From: Gracilinanus agilis
Taxonomy: Eukaryota
Length of the DNA: 63,883 nucleotides
Assembly (NCBI RefSeq): GCF_016433145.1
Contig: NC_058133.1
Coordinates: 209,220,912 to 209,284,794 of the forward strand
Reading direction: 5' to 3'
Below, in pieces: positions 1 to 27,399 of this stretch. The notes under the pieces are model-generated. The model did no database searches and had not been told where the DNA came from. It saw only the letters and a list, made by a program, of their open reading frames with translations. Within the stretch, counting starts at the first letter, position 1, and the number at the start of each line of letters is the position of its first letter. Both the position numbers and the translations under genes were made by a program.

Positions 1-55
1 GGGAGAGAGAGAAGAAGAAAGGAGGAAGGAAGGGAGAAAAGAAGGAAGAAAGATT
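1..55 (+). repeat. Polypurine (GA-rich) low-complexity tract
   Basis: Uninterrupted A/G run. Confidence 0.8.
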
Positions 56-285
56 TAATGTGATACATAATTAGCAAACAAATATAAAACCAGATCACAT
101 CTATCTAACACTTTGTGCTTTCCTTTAGCCAACCTCCTCTGTAAGAAAAAGCCTTACACTGTGACACAATGAGGAACCCCCTCATTGGCAAGGGAACTGG
201 AAGAACTCATGAATTGATGGATACCCAAAAAGGGCACTAAATCCCACCCCTCCGCCAATTCTTCTACTTGAAAAGTTGTTCACTT

Positions 286-490
286 GGGGGCAGCTGGGTT
301 GCTCAGTGGATTGAGAGCCAGGCCTAGAGATGAGAGGTCCTAGGTTCAAATCTGGCCTCAGACACTTCCTAGCTGTGTGACCCTGGGCAAGTCACTTAAC
401 CGCCATTGCCTAGTCTTTACCACTCTTCTGCCTTAGAGCCAATATACAGTATTGATTCTAAGATGGAAAGTAAGGCTTTAAAAAAAAAGA
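286..490 (+). mobile_element. SINE1_Mdo-like tRNA-derived CORE-SINE
   Basis: GGGCAGCTGGGT..CTCAGTGGATTGAGAGCCAGGCCTAGAG head, CORE GTGACCCTGGGCAAGTCACTTAAC, A-tail. Confidence 0.85.
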
Positions 491-949
491 AAGAAAGAAA
501 AGTAAGTCATTCTTTGCAGCACACTTGGACTTGCTATCATCCACATGGAATAGGGATACCACTAGATTAGCTAGTTCCTAGGCTCTGGCTGCCTTTCCCT
601 CTTTATCTTTCCTTTCCTGAGTAGATGATTGAACAGGTTCTTAGGGAGGACATGTTCCAGCTCATGGAAGTCTCTTGTGGGTTGGAGAGTTCCAGGGGTC
701 CTGGGTTATAGAAAAGAAATGGTTAGTTGTGGTGGTAATAAGAAACTTAAATTTTTTATATTATTTTTAAAATCTTCCTTTCTGTCTTAGTACCAACTCT
801 AAGATAGAAGGGCAAGGGCTAGGCAAAAGGGGTTAAATGACTTGGTCAGGGCCACAAAGGTAATTCATACAGGATTAGGACTCGAATCTAGATCTCCTCC
901 TTTCTAAGTGGATGATTTTCTCCAATATACAAAACAAACCGTCTCTTGG

Positions 950-1540
950 CCCTGGGTATTCTCTCTGGCTGTCCCTCATGTCTGGAACACTCCCCCTCCT
1001 CCACTCCTACTATTGAGTTTCCTGGCCTCCTTTAAGTCCCACCTAAAATCCCTTTTATAGCAAGTCTTCCCCAATCCCTCTTAATTCCAGTGCCTTCCCT
1101 TTGTTCATTATTTCCTATTTATCCTGTGTATAGCTTCCTTTGTATACACTGGCAAATAGTAGCATTTAATAAATGTTTATTGATGGATTGTTACACTACC
1201 TCCCATAGGAGGAAAGAAAAGAAAAGGAGGACCAAAGAGGAAAAAGGCAGTAAGCAAACAGCACAATTTAAGTCAATTAACTAGAATTTAAGTGTCTAGG
1301 ATGTGCCAGGCACTCCCTGCTCTCAAGGAGCTTCCTGTCTGATGAGGCAGACAACATACAAACAGAGAACTATGTACAAATAAGACAGATGCAGGAAAAA
1401 TTGAAGAGACTCTCAGAGAGAAGGCATTAAGATATAGGAGGCTCCATACAGAAGGTGGGATTTTAGCATTGCCCTTGGATTCTTTCTCTTTCCCCCAACA
1501 CACTGCACACAGTAATTGGTTAATAAACATTTGATGAATG
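950..1540. mobile_element. Degenerate L2 3' fragments
   Basis: Typical L2 tail catttaataaatgtttattgatggattg, plus an opposite-strand ccctgctctcaaggagctt segment. Confidence 0.55.
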
Positions 1541-2084
1541 AATGAATTGAATCTGAGAGAACCAAAGTCAGAAAAGTCTTGAAGTAAATGTCAAATGCAG
1601 CCTGTCCAGGTCACCTGTTCAAAACTGCCTTTTGCCTGTGTCTACTTCATCCCAGGTGCTATAACTAGCACTTGAGCAGCATTTTTATCTCCCTGTTTCT
1701 CTATAATCTTCTCTTTCTCTGACATCCTTTATAGACTTTCCTCTGCCATCTAGAATCAATCGTAACAGTAAATCAAACAGCATTTATTATGTAACTATGA
1801 ATACTATGGGGTAGCAGATTTCATATTCATGAATTTAAATCCAGCTTTAGACAATTGTGTGACCCTCGGCTAGTCACTCAACCCTGTTTGCCTCAGTTTC
1901 CTCATCTGCAAAATGAGCTGGAGAAGGAAATAACAAACCACTCCAGTATCTTTGCCATGGGGTCACAAAGAATTGAAAAGACTAATACTAAAACTCAAAT
2001 GCTAGGAACTGAGGATTCAAAAACAAAAAAGAAATAATTTCTCCCTTCAAAAAGCTCAAATTCTATTGGGGGAGATGTACACAT

Positions 2085-2330
2085 AAAAATAAATGTACAT
2101 GAGCAAGTTGTGGTATATGGTTTTAATAGAATACTATTGTGCCATAAGAAATGATGAACAAAATGAGTTTAGAAAAACCTTAAAAGGCTTATATGAACTG
2201 ATGCAAAGTGAAGTGAGCAGAAACAAGAGAACAATGTATATAGTCACAGAAATATTACACAATGATCAACTGTGAAGGACCAAACTATTATCAGTCAAGC
2301 AAGTTCCCAAGATATCCACAAGGTGGCATG
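2085..2330 (+). mobile_element. L1 ORF2 C-terminus / 3' UTR fragment
   Basis: Translates KLWYMVLIEYYCAIRNDEQNEFRKTLKGLYELMQSEVSRNKRT, the L1 ORF2 end. Confidence 0.8.
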
Positions 2331-2459
2331 GGATTCAAGGTTTCCCTTGGACACCCCAAACCCCAGAGATATCCCAGACCTTTTTCTCTTTTATTCCTTA
2401 AATGCTGAAGGAAGGTGACTTTGAGCTAAGACACTCCCTTTGGCCTCTCCACTAATTTC

Positions 2460-2653
2460 TTTTTTTTTTTTAACCCTTACCTTCCATCTTAGAATCCATA
2501 CTGTGTATTGGTTCTAAGGCAGAAAAGTGGTAGGGGCTGGGTAATGGGAATTAACACAACTAGGAAGTGTCAGTGTCTGAGGCCAGATTTAAACTGTGGA
2601 CCTCCTGTTTCTAAGGCCTGGCTCCCAATCCACTGAGCCACTCAGCTGCCCCC
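2460..2653 (-). mobile_element. SINE1_Mdo-like
   Basis: Poly-T then aacccttaccttccatcttagaatc...ccactgagccactcagctgcccc (reverse-complement SINE). Confidence 0.8.
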
Positions 2654-4273
2654 TTTCTCCCCTCATTTCTTGATAAACACAGATAGGTACCTCCCAGTTT
2701 TACTCTTATGAGCATGTTTGTATCTAAGATATCTAATCATCCCCTGAATTGCACAGGTCATTCTTTCTGTCTTTGAGGCATAACACATCAGCCCATTCCT
2801 GGTTATGTAGTAACATCATCACATCATCCCACCAACCCATTTCTGGTCAAGAGGGTATAATAATGCAAACCTCCATTCCCTTGAGAAGTCAGGGTCTTCC
2901 CTGCACCTGCCTCCCTATCATTCAGCTCAATAATTCATCTTACATTCAACTTAATAAATTTCTCCATTTTTAAGATATCACTGGAACCTCTTCATTCTTG
3001 AAGAAATCATCTTTCCTGAGTCCAGGGTTTTATTCTCTAACTCTCCCACAACAAAGGGATCTATAATGAAAAATGCTATCCAAAGCCAAAGGAGAAATTG
3101 TTGGAGTCTGATTGCAGATCAAAGCATGCCATCTTCCACTTTATTTCCTTCTTGAGTTTTTATTGTATGTGTGATATATGACTTCTGTTGGGATGAGCAA
3201 TACAAAAATATGTATTGCATGAAAGCACTGGTATGATTTACATCAGAATATTTACCGTCCTGGGGAAGGGGGGAAATTAGAGGAAGGGAAGAAATCTAAA
3301 TCCTAAAATATCAAAAAATGATTGTCAAAAATTGTTTTTACATATAATTGAATAAATAAATGTACATACAAATACATGTACACACGAAATAAATGTGGAA
3401 ATTTCTGAGGAGGAGCTAGCAGCTGTAGATCATTAAAGACCTTATAGGGGAAAAAGTAATATTCAACCCAAGGTTGGAATTTTTTTTTTAATTTGTTGCT
3501 ATCTTTGGTTTTCACCACATCTTTATGTTCTAATACATCTCTCCCTGCTCCCCTACCTAGAAAGATGTCCTTATGATAAATAATAATAAAAAAAAGAAAG
3601 GAAAAAGAAGTTTTTTAAAACTAACCAACACCTCAATCAAGTCTAATATTATATTCAGTAATCCACACCTATAGTACCTCAAGATGAAAAAGGTACTTTA
3701 GCTGAACTGTAAAGGGAGCTTGGCATTTTAGAAGCAGAGATAGGGAGAAGCAGAGATAGGGAGGGTGGGAATCCCAGGCTAAAAATACAGAGACAGGAGA
3801 TGGAATGTCACACGTGGATAGCTGGATAGCTGGTTTGTCTGTAAGATACTCTGAATGAAAAAGAGTAATTTAAAAAGTTTTTAAAGATAAGCTAGAGCCA
3901 GATTGCAAAAGGTTTTGGATGTCAAAACAGAAGTGTTTGTATCTGATTCTGGAGGGTTCAGGAAGTCACTGGAGTTTACTGAACAGAGGAACAGGCTGAT
4001 GACTTTTCCTTTAGGAGTATTACTTGGACAGCTGTATGAAAGATGGATTGGAGAGAGGAGAAACTGAGACAAGGAGACCAACTAGGAGGCGACTATGTGG
4101 TAAAATGGATAGAGGTCTGAGCCTGATATTAGGAAGACACGAGTTTAAATCCAATCTTAGACAATTAATAGTTGTGACCCTGGGCAAATCATTTAACCTC
4201 TGATTGCCTCAGTTTCCTCACCTGTAAAAGGGGAATAATAATAGCACCTACCTCTCAAAGTTGTTGCAAGGAT

Positions 4274-4827
4274 TGTCAACCTGAAAAAAAAAAATACCAG
4301 AGAACTACCAGATAGTTAAATAATTCTATAACCAGGTCTAGGAGAATATAGTCAAGAAACACCACACAAAGCCACCACCCTGAGAGGAGTATATTCCCGA
4401 GAGAAACCCAGACCCTAAGATTTGATTTTTCTCATCAAACTACAAAAAGTAGGGTGCTTATATAATTGAAAAAAATTTTATTATCATGCAAAACACACTT
4501 CCATATTGGCCGTTGTCATAAGGTCGTTATATAATTTTTAAAGGTGTGGATATCATTCTGGTTACATGGTTTTACTAAAGCTTGGGCAAGGGCCCAAGTC
4601 AGAGTCCAGATAATTTGGGTAACTGAGATGTTCTTAAGGTTTTTGATTTTCTTTAGCTAATCTTGCCTAAGGTGACTGGATAGATACTTTAAAAGAGTTT
4701 ATTGTCTTCTTTAAACTCAGTTCTTGGGAAAAAGGCAAACCCAATTTATAGTTAATTCAGTGTTTGTCTTGTTTTAATTCTCTGGGAACTGTTAGAGAAA
4801 TGTCAATCTGGACAATCCTTGAAACAA
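4274..4827. mobile_element. Unclassified ~550 bp insertion into a MIR, LTR-like
   Basis: The MIR stops abruptly at aaggat|TGTCAA; the insert ends near ttgaaaCA; TATA-like cttatataa at 4457. Confidence 0.35.
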
Positions 4828-5539
4828 TGGTGTCAGGATCCAGTTGCCTTACTTATGGTTTGTGATATATATTAGGCAAACTTTACAAATAGTTGTTCCC
4901 TTCATCCCTTTCCCCTATTGCAGTGGTCCAAGTGAGAGGTGATGAGGACCTGAACTAGGGAAGTGGCAACCTTAATGAGAAAAGATTTATTGAAGAGATA
5001 TTGTAGAAATAAAAAATGACAGGCCTTGGCAATGGATTAGATATGTGGAATGATTGAGAAAGAAGTGTCTCAGAGAGTGGTTGTGAACCTGAGGGAGTGA
5101 AAAAATGATGGTGTCTTGGACTGTAACAGCAAAGTTCAAAAGAAAAGTGGATTTGGAAGGAAATAAAATGAGCTGTGTTTTTGGCCAACTTAAGTTTGAA
5201 CTATCTACTGAAATGTCCAATGGGCAGCTGGTGATGGGAGAGGCTCGTGTTGCATCGGTAGATCTGGGAGTCTGCAAGTCATTTATTAAACATACATGCA
5301 AGGCGCAGTGCTGAGCATAGGCAATACAAAGAAACATTTAAAAAAAAATGGCTCTGCCTTCAGAGAGCTTGCAATCTAATAGAGGAGATCACTTGCAAAC
5401 AATTATATTCAAATAAGCCATAATAAGCTGAACACACATTTCCAACCTGTGGTAAAAATTCTTTTTCTTCTAAATTTGATTTCTTTCAGGTCAAAATGCC
5501 TGTGGACATCTGTCCTTTAACCTTTCACCTTGAGCCCAG

Positions 5540-6140
5540 CTGTGGTCCCGCCCCGCCCCTAGCAATGCTAGAGACACCTACCATGTAGGACGCAATGAGA
5601 CTCTCTCCCTCAGGAGTCCGGAAACCCAAGTTCAAGGAGAGACTACATCTCCCAGAAAGCTTTGCGTCGTGAGGGGGGGTGGGGAGGGTCAAAAGGAGAG
5701 ATCCTGAAGGACCTACCCAGGGAGGCGGAACCCGAGGCCCTTCCGTAGAATTCGGCCATTTGCCGAAGGGGCGGTGCGAACCAAGAGCGCGGCGGCTAGG
5801 GTCTGCTCTGATTGGCCTGGAGACCCGTTATTCTCGGTGGACCTCAACAGGCTCTTGCCGGTCAACGTCAGGTAAAGGAAAGACTGGAGTGCGGAGAGGG
5901 ACTGAGCCTGGAGCCGGAGCTGGGTGAGTGGCCTCTCCCTCTACCTCCCTCCCACCGCCTCTGGCACCTTTGGGAACGCGGGCCTGAGAGAAGCCCTGAC
6001 TAGCGGGTGACCTGTGTGCGCGTGTCCTCACCTGCCGGGCCCTGCATATGCAGGACCACATAGGGGTGTGGCTTGGCTCGAGAAACGCTCGGGGTGTCTT
6101 TGCAAACGTGATCCCCCGTTGGTCCTCACGACCGCCCTTG
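5540..6140 (+). promoter_or_regulatory. SLC25A19: SLC25A19 CpG-island promoter and probable non-coding first exon (candidate donors after 5871 and 5923)
   Basis: Dense CpG; GC boxes cccgccccgcccc near 5547-5560; inverted CCAAT (ATTGG) 5811-5815; donors CAG|GTAAAG and TGG|GTGAGT. Confidence 0.75.
5642..5660 (+). promoter_or_regulatory. ZNF143/THAP11 (SBS/M4-type) motif
   Basis: ACTACATCTCCCAGAAAGC matches the ACTACAnnTCCCAGnAnGC consensus, inside a CpG-island promoter. Confidence 0.75.
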
Positions 6141-7295
6141 GAGGAGGGCACTGTTATTGCCACCACCTCACAGATGAGGAAACTGAGACTTAGAGAGTGA
6201 AGTGACTTTCCCAGGGAGCAGGATTTAAACCCAGCTCTTCCCAGCTCCAGGCCCAGCGCTGTGTGCACTGTGCCACAGACTGATCCACACACAGATACAC
6301 ACTGGGAAAGGAACAGACAGGAATAAAAAAGGCCACGCCCTGACTCACACACAAGTGTCAGCGCTCAGACACAAACAGGTGCATCTATGCTCAGACACAC
6401 ACAGATATCCCCTCTCAGATACACACAAGGGCAATGATGTCGAACCTATGGCATGGGTGCCAAAGATGGCATACAGAGAGCTCTCTGTAGGCACCCAGCT
6501 GCTGCCGGCTCCCCTCCCCCCAGTTTGTTACTAGAAAGGCAGAGATTGGGGGGGGAGGTAGCGGCTTCCCTCCCCCTCTCCACTGTGGGTGACAACAATT
6601 ACCCACCCCTTTCTGCCCAGAGCCCAATGGGAGCACACATCCGGTAAGGTGGGCAGCTCACAGATGGCAGAGCTATAGGGGAGCAGAGCATTCAGGCTAT
6701 TCCCCTCCCCCTCTCTATACTCCCTGAGAACATTCCTCACTCACCTGCCCAGCAGCCCAATGGGAATATTTTTCTCCCTCCCCTGTGTGAGGGGAGGGGA
6801 GGGGCTGGCAGGGCTTTTTTTGTGGGATGGAGGGGAAAAAGGGGAGAATGGGCACAGCGCTGGTGGTGGAGGATAGGGAGTGGCCTGGCACTCCATCTCT
6901 AAAAGGTTCACCATCACTGCACAAGGGTATCCATGCACATACACATAGACATATATGTACTCACACCCACCCAGCAATAGGTTCTCACCCAAGTGTTTGC
7001 ACACAGAGCCTAGGAAGGACCCACACTCCCACAAAACATGTTCACACCCAGAGTAGCCTTTTCCCTCTGCTCTGGTGGAGAGGCAAGAGCCTGTTGTCAG
7101 CTCCTAGCTCCCCAGGTACAGGTTTTGCCCTTTAGATTGGTTACTCCCTCCTTTACTTTCCTTCTCTTTTGAATGAGAGGGTTGGTCTGAGCAGCCTCTA
7201 TGGACAGTGGCCAGTGGTTTTCTCTTGCCTGTGTGTCTTTGGGAGGTTCTCTCCTTGGTTCTCCCCTCTACCATTCACATTCTTTACCTTCCCAG

Positions 7296-7467
7296 GGATC
7301 TTAACAGGGAACTTCAGGAATATGTGGACATTAGGAAAGAGACCTCGGCCTAGCATTGGATCACAACTGAAACTATGATAGAGGTCTTCACTAGGAGAGG
7401 CTTCACAAACAGAATACCACAGTTTCAAGATTGCTGTAAAATGCGGCTTTTTCAGTAGAAGTGGTAG
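7296..7467 (+). other. SLC25A19: Candidate non-coding 5' UTR exon of SLC25A19
   Basis: Polypyrimidine tract ttctttaccttcccag acceptor and TAG|GTAAAA donor, between the promoter and the first coding exon; splice signals only. Confidence 0.3.
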
Positions 7468-7682
7468 GTAAAATTGTTTTGAGGTTGTTGGACAAAAGGA
7501 AAAAAGTTTCAAAAAGAAAGAGAAAGAAAGGGAGAAAGAAGAAAAGGGAAAAAAAGAAAGAAAAGCATCAGAAGTTAGAGGGGTTGGGGTGGGGAAGAAG
7601 TATAATGTTCATTGATTGGATAGAAAGAACTCTTGAGTTTGGAGTCGGGAAAACAGATTAGAATCCTAGCTTTCTGGCTATA

Positions 7683-7738
7683 CAGGGTATCCCAAAAGTC
7701 TTAGTGCAGTTTTAAGTGAAAACTTTGAAGATACCATG
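7683..7738. mobile_element. Tc1/mariner-type mini inverted-repeat element, internally deleted
   Basis: TA|cagggtatcccaaaagtcttagtgcagttttaag...gataccatg|TA; same family as 26817-26894. Confidence 0.6.
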
Positions 7739-8843
7739 TATAATTACAGGCAAATTCACTTAACCTGACTCCTCTATAAAAAGGAGAAAATAAGAATACC
7801 TATTGTGTCTTGAGTTGTAAAATTTAAACCACTTTCCAAACCTTTAAAGCATTACATAAATATTACCTTCTAGTATGTAAAGTTCTAAGATGAGAATATA
7901 AAACTTAATAATCATTTGTCCAAGCTAGACTTTGTATAAAGAGGAGCAAACAATTGAGGGAGAATAATTTTATTTCAGTGGGAAGTAGACAAGAACAAGG
8001 CTGCTAGACGTAAGAGATAGAGTGCTATTCTTGGAGTCAAGAAGACCCGAGTTTAAATCTGACCCATATACTTATTAGCTGTGTGACCTTGGGTAAGTCA
8101 CTTAACTTTTGATTGCCTCAGTTTTCTCAACTGCAAAATAGGGTTAATAACAGCTTCTACCTTGAAGAATTGTTCTGAGGATCAGGTGAGATAGTATTTA
8201 TAAAGCACTTAGCACACTTTCCCAGAAGTATGGAATTAAGCATTATAGGAGCTCACTTGTGTTTCCCTCAAATTAATCCCCAGTGCCCAGCACAGTTCTT
8301 GACATATAGTAAATGATAAATGCCTGTTGATTGATGAGAACATTTGGGAGGGGGATGAATCTCATTTGTAACTTCTAATTTTAGAAAGTTGCCTGAGACA
8401 CTGAGAGATTATTGATTTGCTTATAGCCATTCAGGTAATGTGTGTAGTGAGTGGTAGGAACTGAATTCAGGTCTTCCTGACTCCATTACCATTCCAATAC
8501 ACCTGACTTCTATACACAAGGTTATGGATGCTGCTTTTCAATCCAGAGCTTGTTTCTGAAAAACCCCAGTTCTGAGCATGTTAATGTCCCATGACCCACT
8601 GTTCTAGAAGGTTCCCTGAGTGCTGACACTCCTAAGAAAATATGGTTCTTGTGTAATAGCTTCACATTCTAAATGCAGCCTAAGTTTTTATTTTGTTTTT
8701 GCCTTTGGACTCCTGCCAGACACACCCAGATGCCTCCAGAAAACTGTTTAGTGAAAGATTCTAAACAAGCTACTTCTATTTTTCCTACCTGTCTCTTGCT
8801 TTTAGCTTAATACGAATGGACATTGCATGTGACAGAGGCAGGG

Positions 8844-24415
<15,572 letters not shown>

Positions 24416-26394
24416 AGGCCTTGGGCTTCAGGGGACTCAAAAGAGAAAGAAAACTTATCTATTGCACTGCAGGGTGTCTCTTCATCCATTACCTCCTAGC
24501 CATAAACTCTGAACACCTGATAGGGTACAAGTACCCATCTCCACTCAGTCCATATATTGCCAACAAGAGAACTAGTTTTATTTTTTAAGGTCTCCAGGGA
24601 AAGCCTGGGGATTGGCATGTGTACTTTGGCCTCCATTAGACCAAGGGGTAGGAAGAGGACTCAACTTCCTTGTTTTATCTTCATCCACTAGACACTTGAA
24701 AAGAACAGGCAAGGTACTATATCTGCACCCCTAGACTCGCTTTGAGCAATTTTAGGACCTATGTCCCACACTAGGTGGTCCTCATCCTATTTTAGTCATC
24801 AGACTTTAGCATTGAAATTATATCCTTGGTTTTCTATCATCTCTGCCCACATACCTGCTTTTTTCCTTATCTCCCAAGCCACCTCCACAATTTCTGTAAT
24901 TCATTATTCTCCCTATATTGCTAAAAGGAAGAAATTACTATGTCTTCAGCCATTCTAAAGTTAGCCTGAAGGTCTGAGGGGGAAAAGGCAGTCCTGGCCT
25001 TCTCCAAGCTCCATTTTCTGAATAGCATTTATCCTCCTCCATTGTAGCTTTCATCTTCCAAATTAGCTTTGCTTTTTTACTTTAAGGAGAATTAGTGCCA
25101 AATTGAGTGACCCTCATATCCCCAGATGCCGGGACCTTGATTCCGTGGAGAGATACAATTTTAGTGTTTTCTCTGCATGGACAAGACTGTTCCCTGACAG
25201 CCTCCTCTTATGGGCTGTGGGAACAGGTTTTCTGGGGGAGTAAAAGATGGCAGGGATTTGGACAATGTCAGCAGATGGGTGTGGAAGAGCAGGGGAGAAG
25301 CTGCAAACTCCCTAGGATTTCATTTCCCCCTTCTCATTGGATATATCAAATACTCATTCTCTACAATAACACTTGCAAGGAAATTTGGGGCTCTGGATTT
25401 GGGGGAGCAGAGGCTGTTACCACTCTGGTGTTCAGATTTGATCCAAGGTTGTGGTGATGACCTTTTGTGGGCCCGTGGCAGCTTGAGCAGAGATGACTGT
25501 TCTCGTGAGGTGTTCTGCTGAGGGCAGGGTTCACAGCCCTGTGGGGTGAAGATAGGGGAGCCCACAATTGATATTTATTTAGAATCACAGAGGAAACTGC
25601 AAAGTTGGGTGTGTGGGAGGTGGAGACAGATGAGACAGACCATAACTGCTGGACTCCTTGCTTTTACCCTTGACCACAGTCATATTCACCTGGTGTTCTA
25701 GGACCCTAGCCCCAGAGGCTTGCTCAGTAGGGGGAGAATCCTACCCAAATAAGGACAATTTTGGTTTTTTCTTCATACTGAGGTTTAGTAGAGGAAACCA
25801 GAAGGGTTACCTTGATCAGCAGATCCTGGAAAGGGGGCCTTAGCTGTGCCCGGTGCTCCCCCTCTCCCCCCAGGTGCCAACTCTTCCCAGCTGCAGAATA
25901 TGCACTGATCTAAATCCTCTCAGCCCTTAGAGGACCACAGCTAATGGGGTGGTCTTTGATAACTGGTTTATCATTTCTGTTTCATGATACACTCAGCAGT
26001 CCTGGAGGATGGGAAACTTTACTTTCCTGAAAATCTTTTCCTCCCCCCTGGATGCTGTTATGTGAGTGAGCAGAAGCTGCTATAGAAAGCCTTCACATCA
26101 GGGGCCCTGGCCTGGCTACCAAGGCTTTGGCTCTTTGGAGCTGCTGGGAAGGCAGCTCCCTGAATGTATTTTATATACTTCCAAAGTCAACACATCTGTG
26201 CTCAACCAGTAAAATTCTATTCTCACCAGCTTGGCCTGAATTATTTGCTTTTTGCCAGTTCCTTATTATCTCTCTCCTTTCTGATGACTCCTCCACCTTA
26301 AAAAAGAAACTTTACCATCTACCATCAGACTTTCCCTGTTGGCCTGGGCTGCTGGCAAGAGGCACAACCATCTTCTTTCTCCTCCAGCCTAGAT

Positions 26395-26400
26395 AATAAA
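26395..26400 (+). terminator. Candidate SLC25A19 poly(A) signal
   Basis: First canonical AATAAA I found downstream of the stop at 24415; implies a 3' UTR of about 2 kb. Confidence 0.4.
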
Positions 26401-26816
26401 GGCCAGAGGGAGCAGCTTGAGCAGGGAATGGCATTTTTCTGTATAATTACAACTCATGTGTGTATGTAGTACTTTGACCATGAACCCTTTTCTCTACAAC
26501 AAACCTGGGAGGTAGGTGGTGAGACTATATTCACAATGAGAGAGGAAGGATTCAGAATCTAATACTGTGGGACCTGGCCGAACTGCTCTGGCCTCCATTT
26601 CTTTATCTTTAAAATGAAGAGGTTTGGATTAGAAGGCACCAGAGGTCCCTTCCCCCTCTCAGTCTAGGATCCTGTGACCCCATTTTACAGTTAACAGACT
26701 CAGAGCTGTTGTGGCTTGGAGCCAAACAACTCTAATGTCAGAGCCGACACTGGCTTTGGAAGAAGAGGAAGCCTTAAAATCCGACCCCAGGGGATAGTGA
26801 AATTCCCTGTGCAATA

Positions 26817-26894
26817 CATGGAGTGTCCCAAAAGTCTTAGTGCAGTTGGCGCTTCATCAAAGCTCAAAACTCTCCTAAGACTGGGGACTCAGGG
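26817..26894. mobile_element. Tc1/mariner-type ~78-bp palindromic mini element
   Basis: TA-flanked; gtgtcccaaaagtcttagtgcagtt...aaaactctcctaagactggggac forms an imperfect hairpin. Confidence 0.6.
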
Positions 26895-27399
26895 TATATA
26901 AGAGACTTTGCCGTCTGCCACGGGTTGGGCTCGGGGCAGGGATTTCTCTTTGCTGAAGTGCCTAAGTCTCATTAATTCAATCAGTCCATTAGCCTGAAGG
27001 AGGAAGGGGGCTGAACTAGATCCCCGTACCTTTGATCTAGGTCACCATGGAGGTCTTTGGATAGTGAACTTGAATGGGGGGGAGGGAATATTAATCTTCA
27101 TTAACCTCTATCATGGCTTTTCCTTCAGTTAGTTTAACACTATTCTGAAAATGGTCCCTGACCCAGAAGGTCGAGAACTGCAGTGTCAGATGATGTCAGA
27201 AGCTGTGGTCCTCCGCATCCACCTATCTTCCAGGCTGATTTAGTCCCAGAAGAGCAGTGACTGATTGTAACTCCCCTCCCTCCTCAGTGACTCCCATGCC
27301 CGCCTCTCTGTGGTAGCAGCCGGGACACTGAAGAAAGGCCATGAGGCTGCTCTGAGAAGCGCCCTGGGATCCTGTAGGGGACATCCTGGGCAGATTTCT

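Noticed and set aside
286-360. tRNA-like A/B boxes (also at other SINE heads)
   Set aside because: These are heads of tRNA-derived SINEs continuing into the CORE and tail; no cloverleaf tRNA gene was found.
5828-6352. 174-aa minus-strand ORF at the SLC25A19 promoter
   Set aside because: Built from CpG-island, MIR and TG-repeat sequence; no domain.
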